DNA of 64,000 nucleotides from Nitrospirota bacterium (GTDB lineage Bacteria; Nitrospirota; UBA9217): NCBI GenBank assembly GCA_963749655.1, contig CAVVOB010000014.1, positions 54,199 to 118,198 of the forward strand, read 5' to 3'. Shown piece by piece: positions 55,338 to 64,000 of this stretch (position 1 is its first letter; each line of letters starts with the position of its first letter). The notes under the pieces were generated by a model. It saw only the letters and a program-made list of their open reading frames with translations, ran no database searches and was not told where the DNA came from. The position numbers and the translations under genes were made by a program.

Positions 55338-56687
55338 ACAGCCCCGGTACTTGCCCGCCTGGTCGCGGACCGCGAAATATCGGATGTAGATCACTTTCCC
55401 TCGCATCTGGATCCAGAACTCTGCAGTGTCCCGGGTCCCTTCCTTGAACGTCGAGAGAATCTTCTCCACCATGCCCACGCTCTTGGGCGGATGGCAGTTG
55501 CGGACATTCCGGCCGATCACGCCCGGGCTGCGCGGAAACAGGCGGTCCGGCGTTGCTGAATAATAGACCACTTCGTCCTGTTCGTTCACGAAGGAAATGT
55601 CCACCGGCAGGTGCGTGAGCAAGAGGTTCACCTGCTCGGCCGTGAGTTGTCCCGTGTCGAGATTCAAGCTCCCCACCTTTTCCGCGAGCAGTTCCTGCTG
55701 AAACGAGCCCGCTGCGGGCTTCCACTGCGTCTCCGGCTTGATCCAGGCATAACCGATCTCTTCCTCGCCTTTTCTCACCTTTGCCCACTCCTCCTCGGAA
55801 AGCGTTTCGAGCGCCATGGGAAAGAGGATATGCTCCTCCTTGTAGATCATGTCGTTGACCATCTTGACCATGGCCTCGAGGGCGACCTTCTCCATCTTCC
55901 CGTCGACTACGCGCTTCCGCACGTCCTTGATGAACCCGCGGATATCGTCATGGAGCGCCCACATGACCTTGGACGGCCCGGTGATGCCCTTGGTTTCGAT
56001 GATCGGGAAAAGCTGATTCTCCTTGCGGAGGAAATGCTTGTCAAGCTGCCCTAGACGGTCGAGGATTCCCAGGAGCTTCTCCTTATCCTTCACAAAGTCC
56101 GTGACAGCCTCCGCTTCCTTCAGGATTCCTTCGCAGGCGCGGTTTTCGAGCATGAACGTATGGACCGGATGGCCTGCAGGAAGTCCGGGCACGGTCTTGT
56201 GCTCCAGCGCCTCCTGGAAAACCTTTACGTGGACTTCGCAGAGGTTCTTGATCTCCGTTTCCGGCATGCCTTCGGCGATGAGCTTCTGCTCCATCTGCGC
56301 GATCTCCCAGGGAGCCACATCCTTGATCAGGTCCTCGAACTTCTTCTTCTGCGACTCCGCGTCCTTTCCCGCATGGAGTTCCTTGATGATCTCCTTCATC
56401 TTGTCGATCTTCAGGTCCTGCTCGTCGGGTCCGCCCTCGCCGTAGGACACGGTCACCGCTTCGCCCGTCTGTTTCTTGATCTCGGCCGCGACATCGTCGA
56501 TCAGCTTCTTCGCGTCCATGCCGCCGATCATGGCGGCCTTGCCCAGGGAGGCGATCCTGCCTACGGTCCTTCGCAGGAAGGGATTGTCGAGCATCTTGAA
56601 TTCGGGGTTCAGCCTGATCAGAAAATCCTTGAGAAAGGGGTACCGGGAAATAAGGTCGTTCACTTTGGTCTTCGGGCTCAGGTCCAT
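55266..56687 (-). CDS. DUF1858/DUF438/hemerythrin-like/PAS domain protein
   Basis: N-terminal KVNDLISRYPFLKDFL. DUF438-like IKELHAGKDAESQKKKFEDLIKDVAPWEIAQMEQKLIAEGMP. HHE-type His/Glu pairs. C-terminal PAS-like region. Confidence 0.75.
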   Translation of the reverse strand: MDLSPKTKVNDLISRYPFLKDFLIRLNPEFKMLDNPFLRRTVGRIASLGKAAMIGGMDAKKLIDDVAAEIKKQTGEAVTVSYGEGGPDEQDLKIDKMKEIIKELHAGKDAESQKKKFEDLIKDVAPWEIAQMEQKLIAEGMPETEIKNLCEVHVKVFQEALEHKTVPGLPAGHPVHTFMLENRACEGILKEAEAVTDFVKDKEKLLGILDRLGQLDKHFLRKENQLFPIIETKGITGPSKVMWALHDDIRGFIKDVRKRVVDGKMEKVALEAMVKMVNDMIYKEEHILFPMALETLSEEEWAKVRKGEEEIGYAWIKPETQWKPAAGSFQQELLAEKVGSLNLDTGQLTAEQVNLLLTHLPVDISFVNEQDEVVYYSATPDRLFPRSPGVIGRNVRNCHPPKSVGMVEKILSTFKEGTRDTAEFWIQMRGKVIYIRYFAVRDQAGKYRGCLEVSQDITAIQKITGQKRLLDWD

Positions 56688-56802
56688 GGGCGGCCTCCTT
56701 GTCGGAATCGATATCTTGATCGATTATAGCAGGCCGGCATGGCGAAGCGTATGATGTGGGTCATGATGTCCGAAATTTACAAAGAATGAAATCCCATCGG
56801 CC

Positions 56803-56874
56803 GTCATTCCTGCGAAAGCAGGAATCCAGAAGTTTTTGAAAAGTCGCTGGATTCCGGATCAAGTCCGGAATGAC
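56803..56874. repeat. double-hairpin intergenic element (GTCATTCC...GGAATGAC)
   Basis: GTCATTCCTGCGAAAGCAGGAATCCAG ... CTGGATTCCGGATCAAGTCCGGAATGAC. A half copy lies at 18331-18356. Confidence 0.65.
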
Positions 56875-56919
56875 GGAATGAGGCTTTAACAAATAACCAC
56901 CTTATCAATAAGGACTTTT

Positions 56920-56959
56920 GTCTGCTCTCTTTCTCTGCGCCTCCGCGTCTCCGCGTGAA
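56920..56959. repeat. half copy of the heptad-repeat element (CTCCGCG type)
   Basis: TCTGCTCTCTTTCTCTGCGCCTCCGCGTCTCCGCGTG resembles the right arm of the 23.5-kb element. Confidence 0.45.
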
Positions 56960-57082
56960 CAAGTCTTTTCCTGCAATCAGGATCCTGCAGCATTGTCTCA
57001 TCACCGGAAAAGAATAAAAAAAAGCCGGACGCGCTTTTCGCAGCACGCCCGGCTTTCCAGAACTGACTTCTCTTTACGACAT

Positions 57083-57736
57083 TTACTTCTTCGCCGCAAT
57101 CCCCTTCTTGATCGCATTCACGACGCCGTCGCTCGAGGCTTCCTTGATGGTGAGCAGCAGGCCCTTCTTGTCGTAGTAGCCGATGAGCGGCGCGGTCTTC
57201 TCGTTGTAGACATCGAGCCGTTTGGAGATGGCCTCCACGGTCTCGTCCGCACGCTGGATCGTCGGGCTGCCGCACTTCTTGCACTTGTCGCCGGGGGCCG
57301 GAGGATTGCTCTTGATGTTGTAGATCTCCTGGCACGACGTGTTGGAGCAGGTCCTGCGCGTGGTAAGGCGGTCGAGGATCACGTCGCGGGGAACGTCGAT
57401 GTTCGCCACGAGATCAAGCTTGATGTTGAGCTTCGTGAGCAGCTTGCCCAGCTCGTCGGCCTGCGGTATGGTGCGCGGGAACCCGTCGAGCAGGAATCCG
57501 CTCTGACAGTCCTTTTCCTGAAGCCGCTGCTCCATGATGCCCATGATGAGCGAATCCGGCACCAGGCCGCCGCTGTCCATGTGTCCTTTTGCTTCCTTGC
57601 CCAGCGGCGTGCCGGCCTTGACCGCGCCGCGGAGAATGTCGCCGGTCGAGATCTGCACCGAGCCGTCCAGTGCCGTCAACAGTTTCGCTACCGTGCCCTT
57701 GCCTGCGCCCGGTGCGCCCAAAAGAATGATACGCAT
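57083..57736 (-). CDS. adk: adenylate kinase with zinc-finger lid
   Basis: ATG 57734-57736 behind AAGGAGG. MRIILLGAPGAGKGT P-loop. Lid CSNTSC...CKKCG. Confidence 0.9.
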   Translation of the reverse strand: MRIILLGAPGAGKGTVAKLLTALDGSVQISTGDILRGAVKAGTPLGKEAKGHMDSGGLVPDSLIMGIMEQRLQEKDCQSGFLLDGFPRTIPQADELGKLLTKLNIKLDLVANIDVPRDVILDRLTTRRTCSNTSCQEIYNIKSNPPAPGDKCKKCGSPTIQRADETVEAISKRLDVYNEKTAPLIGYYDKKGLLLTIKEASSDGVVNAIKKGIAAKK

Positions 57737-57902
57737 TACGAAAATCCTCCTTAGAAAAATGTACGTGCCCCGAAGGACAACTGGTCCGGCTGACAAGTCT
57801 GCAAACTGACAGGCCATCAAGCCTTGTTCAAGTCGGCCATTATCGTACGAACGGGATTAAAAATCAAGGAAAATGTCTCCCGCCCCGCGCGGGCGGTCGC
57901 TT

Positions 57903-58901
57903 TCAGGCTGGGGGCGCTGGTTTAAGGCCGGGCAGCGGCAGGGTAAAGGTGAAGACACTGCCCTTCCCCTCCGAGCTCTTCGCCCAGATCCTTCCGCCGT
58001 GGTGTTCGACGATCTGGCGCGCGATGGCGAGGCCGAGGCCGGTCCCTTCGACCGTACTGGAGAGCTGGTCCCCGGCGCGGTGGAATTTTTCGAAGATCAG
58101 CTCGATCTCCGCAGGCGGTATGCCCACGCCCGTGTCCGAGATCTCCACGACGATCTGCGGCAGCGGCGCGGACTCCTGCCGCGCTTCGATGCGGACAGCT
58201 CCGCCGGGCCGCGTATATTTCACTGCATTCGACAGGATGTTCATCACGACCTGAATGAGGCGGTCCCGGTCTCCCGAAAGCCGGGGGAGCGGGGAGTTCA
58301 CGGCCGTGGTCAGGCGCAAACCCTTGTTGTCGAAGAGCGGGGCCATGCCCGATGCGCAGTCGGCAATGACTTCTTCCACGGACACGTCGGAGACCCGCCA
58401 CTGCATGGACCCGGCCTCGATCCGGGCGAGATCGAGAAGGTCGGTGAGCAGACGCGTGAGGCGGTCCGTCTCGGCGTTGATGGCGTTCATGAACCGCGCG
58501 CGCTGCTTTTCAGGCATCCCCGGCTTCATAATGATCAGCTCGGCGCAGGCCTTGACGCTCGTCAGGGGCGTTCGAAACTCGTGGGACACAACGGAGATGA
58601 AGTCCGATTTCATCCGGTCGATCTCCCGCAGCTTCGCGTTCGCCTCCTGCAGCTGCTCGTTGAACGTCCTTAGCTCCGCGGTGCGCCTGACGAAATAGAC
58701 CACGGTCGTCGCCACGATCAACGGAACAACCATGGCGTCGATGGCGCCGATGATCAGCGTTTCCCTCGATACCGCCCCCCACCAGACGCGCCCCTGGATA
58801 GTGCTCAGGACATAGGTGATCAGCTCCGAACTGACGATCGATATCCAGATGAAATGCCAGGGGCTCACGCTCTGCAATTTATCGATGGTTTTCGATATCA
58901 T
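57903..58901 (-). CDS. membrane sensor histidine kinase
   Basis: Two N-terminal TM segments. H-box SDFISVVSHEFRTPL. N box NILSNAVKY. G boxes DTGVGI and GTGLGLAI. Confidence 0.85.
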   Translation of the reverse strand: MISKTIDKLQSVSPWHFIWISIVSSELITYVLSTIQGRVWWGAVSRETLIIGAIDAMVVPLIVATTVVYFVRRTAELRTFNEQLQEANAKLREIDRMKSDFISVVSHEFRTPLTSVKACAELIIMKPGMPEKQRARFMNAINAETDRLTRLLTDLLDLARIEAGSMQWRVSDVSVEEVIADCASGMAPLFDNKGLRLTTAVNSPLPRLSGDRDRLIQVVMNILSNAVKYTRPGGAVRIEARQESAPLPQIVVEISDTGVGIPPAEIELIFEKFHRAGDQLSSTVEGTGLGLAIARQIVEHHGGRIWAKSSEGKGSVFTFTLPLPGLKPAPPA

Positions 58902-59034
58902 GGAACCAGGGACACCTCTTTGTATCGTCGACCGGCTCAGCTCCTGCCTTGTTCAAGAAACACAGATGCTTAGACATTACTGAACCTTTGCACTAAAGTC
59001 AAGGTCGGTACGGAGACAATTTCATTCTGCAGGC

Positions 59035-59072
59035 AAATAAAAAGCCCTGTCCCCGAAGATGCGGGACAGGGC
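59035..59072 (-). terminator. rho-independent terminator (minus strand)
   Basis: GCCCTGTCCC-loop-GGGACAGGGC, followed on the minus strand by TTTTTATTT, just after the OMP gene end. Confidence 0.75.
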
Positions 59073-59092
59073 GAAGGGACAATGAATATTGA

Positions 59093-59653
59093 TTAGAAAT
59101 GATAGGCCAGCCCGGCCTGGAGGGTGAAATAGTTGTCCGTGATCAGGTGCCACCGCGCGTCGGCAACAAAGCCGAGCTGCTGGTTGATCGGAAGCTCGAT
59201 GCCGGCGCCGGGGACGATGCCGAAATTGATATCGCTCTCCGAAGCCGTGTTGTGCCGGCCGAAGGGCCGCCCGGGAAGAGCGACTTCCACCTCGTCGAAG
59301 CTCAATTCCACCAGTCCCTGGACATAGACCTTCAGGGGGCTATTGCGGACCGGGAGAAAGAACCTTCCCCCTGCGCCGACGGCATGCGCTTATAGGTAAC
59401 GTCAATGCCGAAGGTCCGATGCGCTCCAGGTAAAGTAGGAAAACTCGACCCTTCCCTGAAGGTCCTTGTTCATCTGCGGAAGCGGGACACCTGCCCCGAT
59501 GTTGATGCCGAATCCGGAATCGAAGCCCGATGCAGGCGCCGTGGCCAGCACGAGCGACGCGTCGACTTCCGCGCCGGAAGTTTTTGCGAAGGCCGTTGTG
59601 GTCATAACGAACAATGAAAGTACTGCAATTGATAGAAGTGCGATTTTTTTCAT
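59093..59653 (-). pseudogene. outer-membrane beta-barrel protein with two compensating frame changes
   Basis: ORFs 59402..59653 (signal peptide MKKIALLSIAVLSLFVMTTTAFA) and 59093..59311 (ends LAYHF) are in the same frame. The ~60 nt between them read sensibly only in another frame (FGIDVTYKRMPSAQGEGSF). Confidence 0.65.
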
Positions 59654-60023
59654 GATGTCTCCTGAATAGATATTTAGTAGGAATTACTCTGGGTCGTTAG
59701 GTTCATGCTGTACTGCTGAAGCGTCGGCAGCGTCCACGGCTGCAAATCTTCTGCTGTGGCAACGCCCCTTTACGTCACGGGCGTCCGCGTCTCACCTCCC
59801 CCCCCTCGCTTTATACTGCATGCAACCGCGCAAAGCCGCAATGCCTCTTCGCATAGCCTTATATCCTATTTTAGTTGCAGTTGTCAAGATATATGCTGAG
59901 TGAGAAAAGGGCGGGATGGTGCGATGGGGGGTGCGGGCGCAGGTGTGAACTCCTGACCGGCTGCACCCGGGCCCGGTCATTCGCAGTCTCAAACGATGTT
60001 TGGAAGGAGCGCTCGGCGCAACT

Positions 60024-62312
60024 TCACTGCCCGGCGTGAGCCTGCGGCCGGCCCTTGCCGTTCTTGATGATGCCGTCCAGCACGCGACCGAGTTCATCGA
60101 TCGAATAGGGTTTGGCGATGATGCCCGTAAACCCGTACTCGCGGTAGCAGGATACGAGCGGCCCCTCCAGATACCCGCTCGACAGGACGACGCGGGCGGA
60201 GGGGTCCATGGCGAGAAATTTCCCGATCGCATCCTTGCCGCCCATGCCGCCGGGGACCGTCAGGTCCATGATGACCGCATCGAATGGACGGCCTTCGCTC
60301 CCGGCGCGCTCGTACAGCCGGAGGGCCTCTGTTCCGTCCGAGGCGCTGTCGACGGCGTAGCCGAGGGCCTGCGCCATCTCGCCGATCGCGGTCCTCACCA
60401 CTTCATCGTCGTCCGTGACAAGGATGCGTCCGTGTCCGGTGCCGGGCTCGACCGCTTTCTCTTCAGGCACGACCCGGTGCGTCGACGCAGGAAGAAAGAT
60501 GTCGAAGACCGTGCCGACGCCGGCATTCGACCGGACCGCGATGTGGCCGCCGTGCTTGCTGATGATGGAATAGACCGTGGCCAGTCCAAGTCCGTTTCCC
60601 GTCGTCTTCGTGGTAAAGTAGGGATCGAAGATCATGGGAAGGTGTTCCTGCCGGATGCCGGAGCCGCTGTCCGCGACCGTTATCTTGACGTGGTGCCCGG
60701 GCGAAAGCGGCATGTCCCCGGGATCGGTTATGGCGATGTTTTGCGCCGAGATGGTCAGGATGCCGCCTTCGGGCATCGACTCCTTTGCATTGATCACCAG
60801 GTTGTGTATCGCCTGGGTGAACTGTCCTTCGTCGACTTCCACGTTCCAGAGGTCGGGCGCCCGGTTGAAATCGCATTTCACGGCAGAGCCGCTCAGGGCG
60901 AACTGCGACGACTCCGCGATCAGGTCCGAGATGGACGTCGACTTCTTGATCGGCCAGCTGCCGTTGGAGAACGTCAGCAGCTGCGAGGTCAGGTTCTTGG
61001 CGCGGACAGCCGCCTTTTCCGCCTTGCCCAGGACCTCATGGACCTTCTTGTCCTGCCGGGAGTAAAGCCGGCCCAGGGAAAGAAAGCCCATGATGCCCGC
61101 CAGAATATTATTGAAATCGTGCGCAATGCCGCCCGCCAGGACGCCGAGCGACTCCAGCTTCGCCATTCTGAGGAGTTCCGTCTCCATGCGGTTCGTTTCG
61201 GTCATGTCGCGAAAAACCAGCACCACGCCGATCATGGCCCCCTGGCGGTCGCGGATGGGAGCGCCGTTGCTCGCAATGGTCCGCTCAGCTCCGTTCCGCG
61301 TGATGAGACGCGTGCGGTTGCAGAGGGGGACGGCGGCATCGGTCCTGATCACCTTCTGAACAGGGTCCTCGCAGCGTCTGAGCGTCCGGTCGTCGTAGGC
61401 GAGGAACACTTCGGAGAGGAGCTTTCCCGCTGCCTCGTCCTGGGACCACCCGGTCAGGGTCTCCGCCACCGCATTCATGAGCACGATCCGGCCCGTCATG
61501 TCGGTCGTGATGACGCCGTCGCCGATGCTGCGGAGGGTCACGGCAAGGTGCTCCTTCTCGGCTGCCAGCGCCTCCTCCATCCTCCGGCGTTCGTCCAGGT
61601 TCTTCCATCGCTCGATCTCGAGGCCGACCCGCTGGGCCAGGATCCCCAGAAGATCGCGGTCCTCCTCGGAGAAGTCATGGGGTTCGCCGTCCAGTGCGCA
61701 GACGACGGCGATCACCTTGCCGGCGCTGTCGAACGCCGGCAGGCCGCAGTAGGAAAAAGCGTTGAACTGTCTGAGGAAGGGCGCTTCGGGAAATTTCGTG
61801 GCCACATCGTGGTAGACCCGGAGCTCACGGGAGTCCCGCACCGTGGCGCAGGGCGTGTTCTGCAAACCGCAGGACCCGCCGGCGATGATGACGCCCCGTT
61901 CGTCGTAGGTGCCGAGAAAAAACAGCTCGTCGCCGCGGACCTCGGAGAGGACCACCACCGGAACGGCAAGGAGCTCGCCGATGAGCAGCGATATATGGCG
62001 GATCACATCGACGGGATCGCCGGTCAGGATGAGGCCGAGTTCAGCCAGCCGTTTCAGGCGGCTGCAACGTCCCGCGGCATCACGCTCGGCCCGGCTGTAC
62101 CACTTGACCCGCAGTTCCGATTCTGCGAACCGCCGGTTCAGGTCCCCGAGCTCGCGCTTGAGCCTGTCTTCCGCTCCCTTTTCCTTGGTCACTCGGTCAG
62201 CTCCTTCAGGCCGTCCGCGTAATATCGCGGGAGGGCGTGTTCCCGAACCTTTTGCGTCACGTACCCGCGGCCCGGAGGTTTCCGTTCCGCGGAGTCCTCC
62301 GGCATCCGTCAT
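60024..62312 (-). CDS. hybrid sensor histidine kinase (GAF-PAS-HisKA-HATPase-REC)
   Basis: ATG at 62310-62312 was chosen because the 5' ORF extension runs into a repeat element. H-box GGIAHDFNNIL. HATPase boxes present. C-terminal REC ILVTDDDE...AVIMDLTVPGGMGG. Confidence 0.8.
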   Translation of the reverse strand: MTDAGGLRGTETSGPRVRDAKGSGTRPPAILRGRPEGADRVTKEKGAEDRLKRELGDLNRRFAESELRVKWYSRAERDAAGRCSRLKRLAELGLILTGDPVDVIRHISLLIGELLAVPVVVLSEVRGDELFFLGTYDERGVIIAGGSCGLQNTPCATVRDSRELRVYHDVATKFPEAPFLRQFNAFSYCGLPAFDSAGKVIAVVCALDGEPHDFSEEDRDLLGILAQRVGLEIERWKNLDERRRMEEALAAEKEHLAVTLRSIGDGVITTDMTGRIVLMNAVAETLTGWSQDEAAGKLLSEVFLAYDDRTLRRCEDPVQKVIRTDAAVPLCNRTRLITRNGAERTIASNGAPIRDRQGAMIGVVLVFRDMTETNRMETELLRMAKLESLGVLAGGIAHDFNNILAGIMGFLSLGRLYSRQDKKVHEVLGKAEKAAVRAKNLTSQLLTFSNGSWPIKKSTSISDLIAESSQFALSGSAVKCDFNRAPDLWNVEVDEGQFTQAIHNLVINAKESMPEGGILTISAQNIAITDPGDMPLSPGHHVKITVADSGSGIRQEHLPMIFDPYFTTKTTGNGLGLATVYSIISKHGGHIAVRSNAGVGTVFDIFLPASTHRVVPEEKAVEPGTGHGRILVTDDDEVVRTAIGEMAQALGYAVDSASDGTEALRLYERAGSEGRPFDAVIMDLTVPGGMGGKDAIGKFLAMDPSARVVLSSGYLEGPLVSCYREYGFTGIIAKPYSIDELGRVLDGIIKNGKGRPQAHAGQ

Positions 62313-62360
62313 GCCGGGGAAAAATAACCGGACTGAGATTCGTAAAAGTTCTTCTTTAGC

Positions 62361-62640
62361 CGCAGAGATCGCCGAGGACCCGGAGACATACCACATTCTC
62401 TGTAAAGATTTTTCCGTGATCTCTGTGTACTCTGCGGCATATCCCTAACCCGGACAAGCCGGAAACAAAAAGGCGTCTCGCGCAAAGCCGCAAAGCGCGC
62501 AAAGAAAACCTTTAAGTCTATGGTTTAAAACCAGAAGCCTGAGCCTCTCTTTGCGCCTTTCTTGGCGCCTTTGCGGCTTTGCGCGAAAATATTCTTGCCA
62601 TTTTCCGTGATCTCTGTGTACTCTGCGGCATATCCCTGAA
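62361..62640. repeat. nested palindromic heptad-repeat elements with a 37-bp perfect direct repeat
   Basis: TTTTCCGTGATCTCTGTGTACTCTGCGGCATATCCCT occurs at 62410-62446 and 62601-62637. Between them lies a GCGCAAAGCCGCAAAGCGCGCAAAG ... CTTTGCGCCTTTCTTGGCGCCTTTGCGGCTTTGCGCG palindrome. Confidence 0.8.
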
Positions 62641-62683
62641 AATAATCCGCAGACGGCGAAGACCTGCGCCACCGGGCTCCGGA

Positions 62684-63037
62684 TCAGTGTGCGTTTGCCA
62701 GGTAATGCCGCAGATGGGATTTCAGCTCTTGAATTTCGTTCCGTGCGAAACAGGTGTCGGCGCCGGCGTTGATGAAGGAAGGCGCCTCATCCCGTGCGTC
62801 ATAATCGGAAAAAAAGATAATGTGAGAGGAGGGATTGCTCCGTTTGATGCCTTTGAGCCTGTTGAACACGTCCAGAGACGGCACCAGCATGCCGAGAATG
62901 ACGACCGAATAACCGGGTGAAAGCGACGAAAGGCCGCGCTGCCTTATGAGGTCGGCGGAAAATCCTTCATCTTCGAGCTCCTGCTTCAGGATTGCCCCGA
63001 AGTTCTTGTCCACATCAGCAATAAGGATCCGGGTCAT
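62684..63037 (-). CDS. receiver-like protein lacking the phospho-acceptor Asp (pseudo-receiver)
   Basis: ATG behind AAGGAG. REC-like ILIADVD start, but the beta3 end reads VVILGMLVPS where DxxMP is expected (Gly replaces Asp). Confidence 0.6.
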   Translation of the reverse strand: MTRILIADVDKNFGAILKQELEDEGFSADLIRQRGLSSLSPGYSVVILGMLVPSLDVFNRLKGIKRSNPSSHIIFFSDYDARDEAPSFINAGADTCFARNEIQELKSHLRHYLANAH

Positions 63038-63103
63038 GTTCTCCTTTTCCCCCGCCGGAGGAGGCACCCGCGAAGTCTCTTCCGCGGACGAAGGCCCCCG
63101 CGT

Positions 63104-63430
63104 TCAGACCGGTTCGTGTCCGTCTCTCTCAAGGCTGTTTCTGGCTTCCTTGACCCTGCCCTCAAGCTCCCAATACCGGTCCTTCAGGTTCCGAATCGCG
63201 GCCGCGGACTGCGGGCCGAAGGGCATCCTGCTCTCGATCTCCGCCAGCTCCGAGAGAAGGGTGCGGACGCTCGTGATCGACACTGACAGCTTCCGGGCGT
63301 CCTCGAAGGTGAACTGCCGGGCCGCAAGCATGCGCTGCGACCGGCGGTAAAGCTCTTCGAGCGTGTTGAAGAGATCTTCCCGTTCGCGGTCCGCCTCATG
63401 CCCGCGACGTATCGCTTGATCCTGCAGCAT
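63104..63430 (-). CDS. small helical (coiled-coil-like) protein, unknown function
   Basis: ATG 63428-63430 behind GAGGAG. 108 aa, charged and heptad-like. Lies between the two-CW gene and the pseudo-receiver gene. Confidence 0.5.
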   Translation of the reverse strand: MLQDQAIRRGHEADREREDLFNTLEELYRRSQRMLAARQFTFEDARKLSVSITSVRTLLSELAEIESRMPFGPQSAAAIRNLKDRYWELEGRVKEARNSLERDGHEPV

Positions 63431-63459
63431 GGCTTTTCTCCTCGGGAAACAACTGTCGA

Positions 63460-63792
63460 TCAGCGCGCTGCAACGGGAACGGCCGCCGGAGCGCTCTTTT
63501 TCAGCCTGTCCAGAAGCATGACGGACAGCTGGTAGCGCATTCCCTCCTCCTGCCGGACCGCCTTGTAGAAATCGCACTGTTCACAGTTCTTGTACTTTGC
63601 TCCGAAGGTCCCCTGGATCTGTCCGCCGCACAGGGTCCCCGCGATCATCCAGCATGTCCTGCCGCTGTTCCTGCCGCCGTGCACCCCGTTGAGGCGGCTG
63701 TCGGTTGTTGCCGGACAGACGCCCCGGCTGGAAATATTTCTGCCGCCCGCTTCCCGTCCGCACTTCATGAATTCCCAGCAATTCAGCTTCAT
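63460..63792 (-). CDS. two-CW domain protein
   Basis: MKLNCWEFMKCGRE and RTCWMIAGTLCGG give the duplicated CW-x-C motifs. CEQC follows. Confidence 0.7.
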   Translation of the reverse strand: MKLNCWEFMKCGREAGGRNISSRGVCPATTDSRLNGVHGGRNSGRTCWMIAGTLCGGQIQGTFGAKYKNCEQCDFYKAVRQEEGMRYQLSVMLLDRLKKSAPAAVPVAAR

Positions 63793-63867
63793 GCGACCAT
63801 CCTTAAAGATATTTTACAAACCGAGATGTTGAATTCTGAGTCAAGTTTCAACGAAAAAAATTACAAT

Positions 63868-63948
63868 CTTTTACCGCCAAGGCGCAAAGGAAATCCGCCC
63901 CGCAGATTCTCCGTTTTTCCTGGCAAACTTCGCGCCTTCGCGGTTCAG
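63868..63948. repeat. palindromic heptad-repeat intergenic element
   Basis: CTTTTACCGCCAAGGCGCAAAGG ... CTTCGCGCCTTCGCGGTTCAG. Confidence 0.55.
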
Positions 63949-64000
63949 AAGAAGTTGTTCTTTAATCGTCCGAGGATGACCTCGTTAATGTTTTTCCTTG

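Noticed and set aside
60000-62222. A 740-aa plus-strand ORF.
   Set aside because: It is antisense to the hybrid histidine kinase, whose motifs are clear. Its composition (R, G, A, D rich) is typical of shadow ORFs.

Overview
This is a 64-kb window of high-G+C bacterial chromosome. Its gene content resembles anaerobic Desulfobacterota or syntroph-like genomes, but the taxon cannot be proven from sequence alone.

Left third:
- A periplasmic selenocysteine formate dehydrogenase locus: an fdnG-like gene with an in-frame UGA, then fdnH, fdnI and fdhE.
- FmdE-like, ModE-N-like and molybdopterin-binding accessory genes.
- Flanking signalling genes.

Middle:
- An envelope gene cluster: two paralogous Tat lipoproteins flanking a radical SAM/SPASM enzyme, a periplasmic glutaredoxin-like protein, a PLA2-motif protein, a CX5R phosphatase, an OMP and a lipoprotein.
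- Ordinary oxidoreductases, an SRAP gene, a TPR protein and a REC-PilZ protein.
- A frame-broken binding-protein plus hybrid-kinase pair.

Right half:
- A 1080-aa STAND ATPase with a C-terminal SARP-type wHTH-BTAD.
- Secreted NHL/beta-propeller lipoproteins.
- A lower-G+C accessory stretch with a Fic gene, a decayed tyrosine recombinase, a ~2190-aa multidomain surface protein, a small lipoprotein and a zinc-PLC-like protein.
- Then a DUF438/hemerythrin/PAS gene, adk, kinases and a two-CW protein.

The most notable signal is five sigma70-type promoters at about 1.6, 15.5, 32.3, 42.3 and 52.5 kb. All carry an 11-bp-phased (C/A)TACCC direct repeat exactly 11 nt upstream of the -35. This links the STAND-SARP regulator gene to four loci that encode exported proteins.

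Other signals worth a second look:
- Many frame-broken genes.
- A family of palindromic heptad-repeat elements.
- An att-like 117-bp duplication of a gene 3' end.
- A 7-bp microsatellite.

All calls were made by eye from the sequence and the ORF track. No searches were run.
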